Assembly (NCBI GenBank): GCA_048881705.1
Contig: JBHLSH010000057.1
Span: 1 to 25,941 of the forward strand
Length of the DNA stretch: 25,941 bases
Direction of reading: 5' to 3'
DNA from: Candidatus Heimdallarchaeota archaeon
GTDB lineage: Archaea; Asgardarchaeota; Heimdallarchaeia; Hodarchaeales; Hodarchaeaceae
Shown here: in pieces, positions 1 to 9,010 of the stretch
Layout: every line of letters starts with the position of its first letter
How positions within the stretch are numbered: the first letter of the stretch is position 1
Made by a program: the position numbers and the translations under genes
Notes under the pieces: generated by a model
What the model was told of the DNA's origin: nothing
Databases searched by the model: none
The model's input: the letters and a program-made list of their open reading frames with translations, nothing else

Positions 1-1
1 C

Positions 2-661
2 CTTGGTTTTTTAATATATTTCTTCTTACAAAATGGCCTGTATGTAATCGGGAATTCTCTACGAAGTGAGCAAATCACTGGTACGCTAGAGTCCCTCTAT
101 CTCTCCCCAGGTTCTTCTTTGGCGAACTTGCTATCGCGTTTGGTATATACTGTACTAATTTCGATTGCCTTTATTCCAATGGTATACGTTATCACTATTA
201 TCTTCATCGGAGACATCCAATTGCCAGTGGGAAATCTTGCCCTATGGATATACTTTTTTTCAACTCTTCTGGTTATCATCGGGATGGCCTTCGCTCTGGC
301 AGGGTTTGCACTCAAGATAAAAGAAGCGATGCAACCATTGCTTGGATTTTTCGAATTCACAATGATGATTTTCACAGGGGTGTTCTTACCCTTAGATTTA
401 TTGGGACCTGGCATTGTGGTTTCTTTGTTGATACCTTCTTCTTACGGTATTGACCTTTTACGCGCAACCGTGTCGGGATCAACCGAACCTATAATTGCCC
501 AGTTTGTCGGGGAGATTCTCGGGACATCGACCGCAGCGATAATTCCAATCCAGATACTATTTGTTACCTTTTCAGGAATGATTTTTCCTTTTCTTGGATT
601 AGCGATTTTCAATCGGATGGTTAGGTCGGCACAGAAGAGGGGATCATTAGCAGAGTTCTAG
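2..661 (+). CDS. ABC-2 type transporter permease (5' truncated by window edge)
   Basis: The frame of ORF 119..661 stays open back to nt 2 (LGFLIYFFLQNGLYVIGNSLRSEQITGTLESLYLSP...). EQxxGTLE is typical of ABC-2 permeases, and several hydrophobic helices follow. Confidence 0.85.
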   Translation, partial: LGFLIYFFLQNGLYVIGNSLRSEQITGTLESLYLSPGSSLANLLSRLVYTVLISIAFIPMVYVITIIFIGDIQLPVGNLALWIYFFSTLLVIIGMAFALAGFALKIKEAMQPLLGFFEFTMMIFTGVFLPLDLLGPGIVVSLLIPSSYGIDLLRATVSGSTEPIIAQFVGEILGTSTAAIIPIQILFVTFSGMIFPFLGLAIFNRMVRSAQKRGSLAEF

Positions 662-744
662 TTTTCGTAATTCCTAGGTGACGATTATAAGAACTCAAAG
701 CTACTTCATGTCAATTATAGAAATAAGACATTAGGTGTTTCTGA

Positions 745-1722
745 ATGGAGTATCGTCGCGTAGGAAAAACTGGATTGAAAATTAGCGAGATTTCACTTGG
801 AGCTTGGCTAACTTACGGAGGTTCTTTGGAAACGGTGGAAGCCAGCAAGCCTTGTATTACGACAGCTATAGAGCAGGGTATCAATTTCATAGATATTGCT
901 GATGTTTATGCTCGTGGCAACGCAGAACGGGTTGTTGGAGAAATCCTCGTTGGAGAAATGTACAATCGGAAAGATCTAGTTCTTAGTAGCAAGGTCTTCT
1001 GGCCCATGTCGCGGAATGTCAATGATCGTGGATTAAGCCGTAAACATATAATGGAATCTGTCGAATCTTCTCTAGATCGTTTGCAAACCGATTATCTTGA
1101 TATTTATTTTTGTCATAGGTTTGATAGTAATACTCCACTTGAGGAAACTATCAGAGCGATGTCGGATCTTGTTGAACAGGGTGCCGTTCATTATTGGGGA
1201 ACATCAGTTTGGCCCGCGGTACAACTGGAACGCGCAGTTTGGATGGCAAAAGATCTTGGATGTCATCCACCTGTTGTAGAGCAACCCCGCTATAATATGC
1301 TAGATCGTTACATCGAATTGGACGTTCTAGAGACCTGCAAGAGGAATGGAATCGGTATCGTTTGTTGGTCTCCGTTATCGGGCGGTCTTTTAACAGGAAA
1401 ATATGGCGAAGGGGTGCCAGAAGGAACCAGAGGAGCTTCCAAGCAGCTCCAAAGAGTGATGACTGAAGAAAATCTGCGAAAAGTAACGGAATTACGGGCT
1501 ATTGCTTCTGAATTGGGATTGACCATCGGCCAATTAGCGCTGGCATGGATTCTTAGGCATGATGCAATTAGTTGTGCCATTACTGGGGCTACAAAATCAG
1601 AGCATGTTTTGGAAAACGTGAACGCTTCGGGTCAACAGATTCCGCCTGAAGCACTAACGAAAATTGAGGGGATCCTACAAAACCAACCTAGGCCGAATCC
1701 CTTGTATGAGCCCTCAATATGA
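745..1722 (+). CDS. Aldo/keto reductase (Kv-beta/AKR6-like subfamily)
   Basis: YRRVGKTGLKISEISLGAWLTYG, FIDIADVY (catalytic Asp/Tyr), SSKVFW (Lys), LQTDYLDIYFCHRFD, WSPLSGGLLTGKY and AITGAT. Confidence 0.92.
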   Translation: MEYRRVGKTGLKISEISLGAWLTYGGSLETVEASKPCITTAIEQGINFIDIADVYARGNAERVVGEILVGEMYNRKDLVLSSKVFWPMSRNVNDRGLSRKHIMESVESSLDRLQTDYLDIYFCHRFDSNTPLEETIRAMSDLVEQGAVHYWGTSVWPAVQLERAVWMAKDLGCHPPVVEQPRYNMLDRYIELDVLETCKRNGIGIVCWSPLSGGLLTGKYGEGVPEGTRGASKQLQRVMTEENLRKVTELRAIASELGLTIGQLALAWILRHDAISCAITGATKSEHVLENVNASGQQIPPEALTKIEGILQNQPRPNPLYEPSI

Positions 1723-2067
1723 ATGAAAGGAAGAAGAGAGCGCCTTCTTTGCGGTGTAAAAGGCGATAAATCATTGGTTTGTATTGTCTGCTTCCTTGGA
1801 TCTGCGTAATTTTGGTCCCTCTCTAGATGTTACGGGACCAGTATAGTTCAACCATTCTATGGCTGAAAAAAGTTGATTCGGGTCGGGGATGGAACTATGT
1901 TGTGATATCTTTGGCATTAATTGGCATCTCTTCTAATTTCTTTCTTTTTATGGAAGTTTTGAATTTCTTTTAAAGAGATGATGTGACGCTTCTAACACGC
2001 GGGCAGCTCAAACCTTGGAATGAGCAAAATACCGCATACCCGCACGAAGGTCGATTTGTTCGCTTTC

Positions 2068-3321
2068 TTAATTTTTCTCCAAGAATCCTCTCATTGCAAT
2101 GGCTACTGCGGCCCCTTCTCCAGCTGCTGCTACCGCTTGTTTGGTCGATCCATGTCTACAATCTCCAGCTGCAAAAATTCCAGCGATAGAGGACTGTAAC
2201 TTCTCATCGGTAGTTATAAATCCGTTTGGATCAAGTTCCACACTTATCTTATTCAAAAATCGCGTGTTTGGAGTCAGGCCGATGAAAACAAATATACCAT
2301 CGGGCCGATATTCTCGGGTTTCCCCCTTGTCTGTATGGGTGATAAGGACTTTTTCCAAGCTAGTTTCCCCAATTAATTCCTTAATTTGACTGTTCAGCCA
2401 GATATCAATCCCACCAATGCTCTTTACCTTTTCCTGAAGAGCGAGAGAAGCACGGGGCTTCCCACTCCGGATGATGATGGTGACACGTTTTGCATATTGT
2501 GTTTTAAGGAAGATCGCCTCTTCAAAAGCACTATTTCCACCTCCCACAACAAAAATTTCCCGATCCTTGTAAAAATAGCCATCACAGGTGGCACAATAGT
2601 GCAGGTTCACCCCCAAGATATTTTCATATCCAGGAACGATTAGCTGACGATATTCAGATCCTGTAGCGATTAAAACCGCAAGAGTGTGGAAAGATTTCCC
2701 TGAGGAGGTGTAAACTTTTTTATAAAGACACCCCTGAAAATTGCCATCCTCGTGACAAGGTTCGATCTTGGACACCTGCTCTGGAACCAGGATCTCCACG
2801 TTAAATCGTTCTGCCTGTTTTCGAAGGTTTTTGGCAAACTCCTCGCCTGTAATCCCTTCAGGAAATCCTGGAAAATTATCTAGTCTATTTGTAATGAATG
2901 CCTGCCCGCCAACTGTAGATTTTTCAACAACTAGGACATCATATCCGTCACGGGCTAAATAAATTGCGGCCGTTAGTCCAGAAGGACCAGCTCCAACCAC
3001 AATGGCATGATAAAATTCCTTAGAGGCCTTCGTTGCGAGATCAAGCTCCTCCGCCAGTTCAAGGTTGGAAGGTTCGATAAACAGCTTTATCTGTTCATCT
3101 CTAATGATCTCAACCACAGGAATCTTTCTTTTTTCGATACCATAAACTTCTTTGTTGGCCTCGAGTACAAATTTCAGGGCATTCTCTCCTTCTACCCCTG
3201 GGATCTCTATATCAACCCAATTATAGTGAACACGCTGTTCCCCCAGATACTTTTTTATCCGACGACAATCGCGACACCAGTTCGCTCCATAGATATTTAT
3301 CGTAAAGTCTTGAATAGCCAT
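2068..3321 (-). CDS. trxB: Thioredoxin reductase with fused N-terminal glutaredoxin/NrdH-like domain
   Basis: N-terminal ~90 aa has WCRDC. It is followed by GAGPSG (FAD), the redox-active CATC, GGGNSA (NAD(P)H) and GIFAAGD. Confidence 0.9.
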   Translation of the reverse strand: MAIQDFTINIYGANWCRDCRRIKKYLGEQRVHYNWVDIEIPGVEGENALKFVLEANKEVYGIEKRKIPVVEIIRDEQIKLFIEPSNLELAEELDLATKASKEFYHAIVVGAGPSGLTAAIYLARDGYDVLVVEKSTVGGQAFITNRLDNFPGFPEGITGEEFAKNLRKQAERFNVEILVPEQVSKIEPCHEDGNFQGCLYKKVYTSSGKSFHTLAVLIATGSEYRQLIVPGYENILGVNLHYCATCDGYFYKDREIFVVGGGNSAFEEAIFLKTQYAKRVTIIIRSGKPRASLALQEKVKSIGGIDIWLNSQIKELIGETSLEKVLITHTDKGETREYRPDGIFVFIGLTPNTRFLNKISVELDPNGFITTDEKLQSSIAGIFAAGDCRHGSTKQAVAAAGEGAAVAIAMRGFLEKN

Positions 3322-3423
3322 AACACGCGTTCTCCGATTGATACTAGCAATAAGTAACCGATTTTTATTTAAATTGTTTTTTTACCAATACAAATACCTT
3401 CCAAGCTTAATGAGTGATTCCTT

Positions 3424-4062
3424 GTGTGTGCACGGTCTACTGGCCTTCTAATTGTGTTTGAAGGCATTGACGGTTCAGGAAAGACGACCCAAATTGAACG
3501 AGTAGCAGCTCATCTGAGAACCTATCATAGTATGAAGGTTAAGGTGACTCATGAACCCAACCACAATTCCCCCTATTATCAAATGATAAAAGAAAAGGTA
3601 AAGAGACATAGGAACCAAACACTCCCGGAAGAGGAATTGGAATTATATTTGAAAGACCGTAAGTGGGATTTGGAGCATAATATCTTGCCTGCATTGGCAC
3701 GAGGAGAGATCGTATTGGTAGATCGTTATTATCTCTCAAACGCAGCATATCAGGGGGCTCTTGCTGCATTTTCTCCGCTTAACATTCTCGAACGAAACGT
3801 ATTCGCCAGAAAACCTGATTTGTGGATTATTTTGGATGTTTCAGTAGAAGTTGGCCAGTCTCGAATTGTCCATCGTGACAAAAAGCAAAATGAAGATATG
3901 TTGGAGTTCGCGGATTTCCAAAAACTAGTAAGAAAGAACTATTTCCAGCTGGCTAAAATGGGTCAAATTGGTCGGGTGGAATGGATTGACACTGAAACTT
4001 TAACAGAGGAGGAGCTTACTCAGAAGATTATACAGGTAATTCTTTCTCTTGTCGACAAGTAA
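3424..4062 (+). CDS. tmk: Thymidylate (dTMP) kinase
   Basis: P-loop LIVFEGIDGSGKTTQ, THEP, and LVDRYYLSNAAYQG. GTG start. Confidence 0.93.
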   Translation: MCARSTGLLIVFEGIDGSGKTTQIERVAAHLRTYHSMKVKVTHEPNHNSPYYQMIKEKVKRHRNQTLPEEELELYLKDRKWDLEHNILPALARGEIVLVDRYYLSNAAYQGALAAFSPLNILERNVFARKPDLWIILDVSVEVGQSRIVHRDKKQNEDMLEFADFQKLVRKNYFQLAKMGQIGRVEWIDTETLTEEELTQKIIQVILSLVDK

Positions 4063-4101
4063 TGGTATACCGCGAAGGGCGAAGACTAATTTCAGATTAA
4101 G

Positions 4102-4665
4102 TCATTTCAAAAGCTTACGGGCTTGTTCCAGGTACAGATTAAGCAATTCTGCGGTACTTTCACGGAAATTTGCTATGGCCTCTTCGCTTTCTGCACGTTC
4201 TCGCAAAACGGTGGCCTGTTGGTGAATCTTAATATCATGGATTATTTTCTCAATGTCCTTCTCCAATTCGTCATCTAGTCTAAAGATTTCACTTTTCATT
4301 TTACGTAGCCGAACCAACAGCGCTTGAGCTTCCGTAAACTGTAAATTATGAACCAAAATTAAGGCCCGTACAAATAAACTTTGTACGATGACCTGCTGCG
4401 TCGTTGGTGCTATATTGCGGTCAATCCGCTTCAGGAACTGCATGGCAGTTGCAACTTGCCCCTCCTCCAAGTAGGCTTTTGCCAATTGCAAATTTCGAAA
4501 ATCCCGGAGTTCGAGTTTATTTTGTAGAGAATTTTCAATGCGCTGCAGAGAGATGCGAATCTCTGAATCTAAGGTCATGATCGGGGAACTCCTTATGTTC
4601 GGGATAATTACGATCTCATTCCGGGATGGAATTGCAGTTGTATTATGCTTATACTTTTTCCCCAC
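4102..4665 (-). CDS. Hypothetical all-alpha protein with TPR-like helix pair
   Basis: 187-aa ORF from GTG. LAKAYLEEGQVATAMQFLKRI...RALILVHNLQFTEAQALL resembles TPR helices. No family recognised. Confidence 0.6.
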   Translation of the reverse strand: MGKKYKHNTTAIPSRNEIVIIPNIRSSPIMTLDSEIRISLQRIENSLQNKLELRDFRNLQLAKAYLEEGQVATAMQFLKRIDRNIAPTTQQVIVQSLFVRALILVHNLQFTEAQALLVRLRKMKSEIFRLDDELEKDIEKIIHDIKIHQQATVLRERAESEEAIANFRESTAELLNLYLEQARKLLK

Positions 4666-4893
4666 CTAGATAAAAAGGGCTGCCCGTATAGTTATAATTT
4701 CACCTTTTTCTGAAAATCCTGAAAAGGCAGAAAATAGTTCAAACAGATAGGAAATCGCCACCAATCCAGTAGCATGGCATTGGCAGGGAAATCTTCGATC
4801 ACAGGATGGTCAGGGCGGGAGGTCGGCCCCAGCGAGTAACTTTACTTCTATCCTCCTGCGGATGCAAAAGGATTTAGTTGAAATTGTCCAATC

Positions 4894-5172
4894 TTATTTG
4901 ACCCGCTTTATTAAATGCCAGCCATATTTAGTTTTAACAGGAATTTGCGTCATCTCGCCCTTCTTGAGGGCAAACGCTGCCTTTTCAAATTCCCTAACCG
5001 TTTTACCTCGTGTAATGAATCCGATGTTTCCGCCTTTTTTTCCACTGGAATCCAATGAATGTTCACGGGCTAATTGTTCGAAATTTGCGCCCGTATTAAT
5101 CAGCTCGATTAGTTCCTCGGCCTTGGTTCTCCCTTTGACAAGTATGTGTTTTACCTGGATCTTGCTTGACAT
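4894..5172 (-). CDS. Parvulin-type peptidyl-prolyl cis-trans isomerase (single domain)
   Basis: VKHILVK, FEQLAREHSLD, GGNIGF, EFEKAAFAL and PVKTKYGWHLIK are canonical PpiC/parvulin motifs. ATG is preceded by GTGA. Confidence 0.93.
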   Translation of the reverse strand: MSSKIQVKHILVKGRTKAEELIELINTGANFEQLAREHSLDSSGKKGGNIGFITRGKTVREFEKAAFALKKGEMTQIPVKTKYGWHLIKRVK

Positions 5173-5204
5173 TCTGAAATCACGAAATTGAAGCTAGAGT
5201 ACTT

Positions 5205-6065
5205 TTATCTGGGATTTTTCTGTTTAATTATGGTTTTGGGAATTTCCTCTTTGTAGGTAGGAGGTGGCTGGGATTTATCGTCTCTCGACGGAGATTTGCT
5301 TCGAATTGGTTGTGGAGGACGCTTGTTCACTATTTTCTTGGGGATCTTGGTTTTCATTCCGCGAGGCGGCTTTTTCTGTTTTCCAGGAGTTTCACTTTTT
5401 ATATTATGAGGCGGTTGCCGATTTACATTCTTTTTGGATTTGAGAGTAGGTGGCAATCGCCTGATTCGATCTTTTGGGATTGGATTATCTTTGTCCGTGA
5501 CGGGAGGTGGTCTGTTCACCCTATTTTTAGCTTTAGATTTAGCGGAACCAAGTGTTGTTGGATGAATTCTCCTAGAGGCGGTACCTGGAGTCTTTTCACT
5601 GATTTTAGGAGGTAATGGCTGATTCGTCACCCAATTCGTCTCTGAATTTCTCTTTCCCGTTCTAGAGGGAGGTTGTTTGGCTACAATTTCAGTTTTTGGC
5701 GGGAAAACGCTACTAGTGTTAGGTGGTTCTTTAGTTTTAAATTTCTTCTCAGATAACCTTTCATTATTTGGGATAGGGTCTTCAAGAATGATTGGGGGTG
5801 TGACATTAACAAATTCTTCTTTCCTTGATTTTTTTGGTCTAAACCCTTCCCTAGAGGGAATGAAAGGTTCCTCCTTGGGAATATCTGCGATCGAATCTTG
5901 ACGTGGGGGTGGAATTCCGAATCCTTTTAGCTTCGAGGATGAATCAGGGGTTTTATGTTTGATAAATGCTGAGGAATTGGGATCAGGAGTCTTTTCTTGA
6001 ATAAATTCTGAAATGGAGCCCTTGGGGATCTTATCTTTGATTTTCTTTGATTTTCTTAAACCCAT
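5205..6065 (-). CDS. Pro/Lys/Arg-rich, probably intrinsically disordered protein with quasi-repeats
   Basis: 286-aa ORF with ATG and AGGT upstream. It has almost no hydrophobic core and recurrent VN[RK]xPP and [KE]TP motifs. It ends 32 nt before the parvulin ATG. Confidence 0.7.
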   Translation of the reverse strand: MGLRKSKKIKDKIPKGSISEFIQEKTPDPNSSAFIKHKTPDSSSKLKGFGIPPPRQDSIADIPKEEPFIPSREGFRPKKSRKEEFVNVTPPIILEDPIPNNERLSEKKFKTKEPPNTSSVFPPKTEIVAKQPPSRTGKRNSETNWVTNQPLPPKISEKTPGTASRRIHPTTLGSAKSKAKNRVNRPPPVTDKDNPIPKDRIRRLPPTLKSKKNVNRQPPHNIKSETPGKQKKPPRGMKTKIPKKIVNKRPPQPIRSKSPSRDDKSQPPPTYKEEIPKTIIKQKNPR

Positions 6066-6179
6066 TGATGCTCTACCTGATCGGACTAAACCAGTGAAAA
6101 TCCTATCTAAAGTAGGTATAGTCGTATCTTTTTAAAACCTTAACGGAATATAATGGCTTTGGGAAAATTAAAAGCGAGA

Positions 6180-6800
6180 TTATCTCCCCATCACGAAACC
6201 GACTCCAGAAATCAGGAAAAACAGTCCATATAAAACGCCAATCAGGTCATGTGAGTAGAAGTAACCCACCATTAGAAACAATGTCCCGAAAATAAAGAAT
6301 GTAATTATGGCAGTCCACTCTGCACTGGGACCCCTCTGGGATTGGGCGGTAATGCGTATGAATTGGTATCGTGTGAAACTACGAATTAACAATGCGGAAG
6401 AAACAGCCAAGTAGGGGAATGCCAAAATAGAAGCCAACCCGATCGAGAGGGTTGCCGTTTCATTCCCCGGAAGAACATTGATAACAAACGAAAGCATGGA
6501 ATTTCGTCCGAGGGGGAACATAGGCGCAACAAAGAGCACTAACAAAGGAATGATATTAGCTAGCGAGAGGAAATAAATTTCATTCAGCGTGGCCTTATGA
6601 TCTAGATAAAAAAACATACGTAAAAAGTAGAATATTGTGACTGTCGCGTAAAGGGTTAAAAACAACAAATCCAAGGCAGTTTCGTCTTGTTGTTGTATAA
6701 AAAAGAACACAGTGGCCGAAATCCCTAGTAAAAAAGCAAAGGAGGCGAGTGTGTGACGTGCGGCCATGGCATTATCATCTATTTGGGTATTCTGGATCAA
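6180..6800 (-). CDS. Hypothetical integral membrane protein (~6 TM)
   Basis: About six hydrophobic 18-24-aa segments. Start is either TTG 6800 or the ATG of MAARHTL. An AAGAA-TATATTT element ~30 nt upstream suggests its own promoter. Confidence 0.75.
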   Translation of the reverse strand: MIQNTQIDDNAMAARHTLASFAFLLGISATVFFFIQQQDETALDLLFLTLYATVTIFYFLRMFFYLDHKATLNEIYFLSLANIIPLLVLFVAPMFPLGRNSMLSFVINVLPGNETATLSIGLASILAFPYLAVSSALLIRSFTRYQFIRITAQSQRGPSAEWTAIITFFIFGTLFLMVGYFYSHDLIGVLYGLFFLISGVGFVMGR

Positions 6801-6959
6801 TCTTCGATAGTGCGGGTTAAATCAAATATATTCTTGACTAATAAAATACCTACGTTTACCAAACTGGGCAGTCACCAGCTTGAGTCCGCTTTCATCTAGA
6901 CAGAAACCAGACCCAATATAATGGATTTCTTATTGAAGTCATCCTGTGCTGACAGCATT

Positions 6960-8069
6960 TCACCTTCCCTTGTTATATGATTTGATTATCTGGGCATACT
7001 GCCGTCCTGACACTCGAATAGCGGAAGAAGAGGAGAGGTGTTTGTTACATCGAGAGCAGGCTCCAGCTACTGCGATCCATTTCTGGAATTCATTGCCATG
7101 AGCAGGATATCTGCAGTGTGGACAGATCACCACTTCTTTGTGATCTTCTATTGGAAACTCATAACAAAAGATACATCTAAAATCATCTTTGCTAATATTT
7201 CTTCCCATAGGGACATATTTAGACAAATTTGTTCTTGTTACTTTCGCCATACTCTGTTGGGCAGTCTGTACCTGTAATCCGGGAGCCACACGGACATCCC
7301 GACGGATATTTTGGGTTCGAGAAGCAGCACTTCGAGTGTTTGATGATAATCTGGGCTGTGGGGAGCGCCGTTCTGATATTGATCTACGATCTCTTGATGA
7401 TCTCGGCCGTATCGTCCGAGAAGAGGTCTGTCGGGTACGAGGAACCCGTTTAAACGGAACAAGAACAATTTTCATTATATAATGTTGAATAAATAAACCC
7501 AAACTTAAGATACAAAACAGTAAGCCCCCAAATTCAATTAATCCCTGTTCAATCCAATAGAGGAAGAATATGATGACCAAGGAAAAATTATGGACAATCA
7601 CCGCTTCGTTCGGAAATGGACGTCGATTTATAAAAAATTTAGGATACTGGCCAATATAATAACGGCGAAGAAGTATAAGTAGCGCTCCCATTGATGGGAT
7701 CACGATAATTAAACCAAAGAGGTTCCAGAAAATACTTACGCCACCCAAATTTAGAAAACTTAAATCTAACGATATATCGAAAAGAGAAGTTTGGAGCATA
7801 TCATTAATCCCAAAGGAAGCCAAGTGGGCCAAGAGGCTTCCTCCCACCCCTATCAGAGTAGGAATCACAAGGAAGGTCGCAGAAGCTAACGGCGCGTTAT
7901 ATGACCTAAAATAACGCCATTCGTCTACCAGTTTTATCAGGAGAAGACTAACAAAGGTGAGAAAGAAAAATGTTAAAGCGACGTTCTGAGGTTGACCGAT
8001 GACCAGAGAAAGAATGCCGAAGACAAATCCAATGACAAACACAACAATGTAGGTATTCCGTTTGATCAC
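6960..8069 (-). CDS. Multi-pass membrane protein with C-terminal RING-like zinc finger (putative membrane E3 ligase)
   Basis: About 6 TM helices, an Arg/Ser-rich linker, then C-x2-C-x13-C-x2-C-x4-H-x2-E-x3-W-x6-C-x2-C (CIFC...CPHCRYPAHGNEFQKWIAVAGACSRC). It is the last gene of the E1/E2/JAMM run. Confidence 0.8.
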   Translation of the reverse strand: MIKRNTYIVVFVIGFVFGILSLVIGQPQNVALTFFFLTFVSLLLIKLVDEWRYFRSYNAPLASATFLVIPTLIGVGGSLLAHLASFGINDMLQTSLFDISLDLSFLNLGGVSIFWNLFGLIIVIPSMGALLILLRRYYIGQYPKFFINRRPFPNEAVIVHNFSLVIIFFLYWIEQGLIEFGGLLFCILSLGLFIQHYIMKIVLVPFKRVPRTRQTSSRTIRPRSSRDRRSISERRSPQPRLSSNTRSAASRTQNIRRDVRVAPGLQVQTAQQSMAKVTRTNLSKYVPMGRNISKDDFRCIFCYEFPIEDHKEVVICPHCRYPAHGNEFQKWIAVAGACSRCNKHLSSSSAIRVSGRQYAQIIKSYNKGR

Positions 8070-8103
8070 TCGATGTCCACGACCTCAATCATTCTGAACT
8101 CCA

Positions 8104-8982
8104 TTATTCGTGGTCATATTCCAGAAACATCGTTTTACCTTCTGCCAACGGTAACAAGGTTTGGATCATCTGAGGAAGGCTTTCTAAGGGACAGTTCAAA
8201 ACTCGGAAGCTTGGCTCCTCCCACGTCCGTAGGTCCTTCCTTAATCGAAAAATCTTGAATCCATACGAGGAAGAGGAAATTTCGGTCGGATCAATAACCA
8301 AAGCAATGGGAGCCGCCAAATGAGAACCTTGACTGCCAAGCCTTTGATAACGTACCTGGGTTTGAAAATCCGTTTTACTCATGAAAGGGGAATAGGATGG
8401 ATGAGAATGGTACCACCCGAGTATTCGGTGTCCTGCCTTCACTGCATCCTCATAAACTTTCACCATGCTTTGCGGATCTTGGATTTGTGCGTTGACATTT
8501 GTACCGTGTCCAATTGGATAGGCATCCGTAACCACCAAGCATGTTAAAGGAGTGTTTGGATGTTCCACATGTCCCGTAAGAAGGCCAATGACCTCTACCC
8601 ATTCAGAGCGGGGAAGAGAATCATTAGCATACTTTAAAGCATGAAGCGCCAGCTTTAGATATGCCTTAAGGTTAAGTTTCACCCGAGGTGGCTCATGAAG
8701 TTCACCTAAATCAATGTCCAAATCAGTTACAACATCATCTCTCCTGTGTTTTGTATCCGTCCGCGTAGCGGGAGGAGATCGATCTTCATCGGAATGGAGG
8801 GTCATGACGGAAGGTGTTCTATGATGCGATCCCTTAGATAACGCCCGTTCCAGTGATTTATCAGGGGTAGAGACTTTCAATGTGATAGTTGACAATTTGG
8901 GGTCGAACATCAATGATACGTCTCGCAGGAAGAATTCAAAGGTACTAGGACCATGGCCTCTACGTCTTGGTTCTTTATCTAT
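8104..8982 (-). CDS. JAMM/MPN+ metalloprotease, Rpn11/CSN5-like (Ubl isopeptidase)
   Basis: EVIGLLTG (catalytic Glu), GWYHSHPSYSPFMSKTD (H-x-H-x7-S-x2-D) and ALVIDP. Start is uncertain: TTG/ATG at 8913/8910, but the frame is open to 8988 with an ATA at 8982 six nt behind an AGGTGA SD. Confidence 0.92.
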   Translation of the reverse strand: MDKEPRRRGHGPSTFEFFLRDVSLMFDPKLSTITLKVSTPDKSLERALSKGSHHRTPSVMTLHSDEDRSPPATRTDTKHRRDDVVTDLDIDLGELHEPPRVKLNLKAYLKLALHALKYANDSLPRSEWVEVIGLLTGHVEHPNTPLTCLVVTDAYPIGHGTNVNAQIQDPQSMVKVYEDAVKAGHRILGWYHSHPSYSPFMSKTDFQTQVRYQRLGSQGSHLAAPIALVIDPTEISSSSYGFKIFRLRKDLRTWEEPSFRVLNCPLESLPQMIQTLLPLAEGKTMFLEYDHE

Positions 8983-9010
8983 GATTTTTCACCTTTTTCC
9001 GGAACAGTTG

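Noticed and set aside
4741-4865. GC-richer intergenic stretch between parvulin and the TPR-like gene as a possible ncRNA
   Set aside because: I found no tRNA arms, C/D boxes or convincing long stems by eye. An Infernal/Rfam search would be needed.
6801-6959. Open frame upstream of the 6-TM gene broken by one TGA, and a 20-codon ORF starting next to the RING stop
   Set aside because: The translations look non-conserved and the TGA falls within a TATA-like element. A promoter region is the simpler explanation.
8700-8745. SUMO-interacting-like motif DDVVTDLDIDL in the JAMM N-terminal linker
   Set aside because: It fits the SIM consensus only loosely, and such acidic/hydrophobic strings arise easily by chance.
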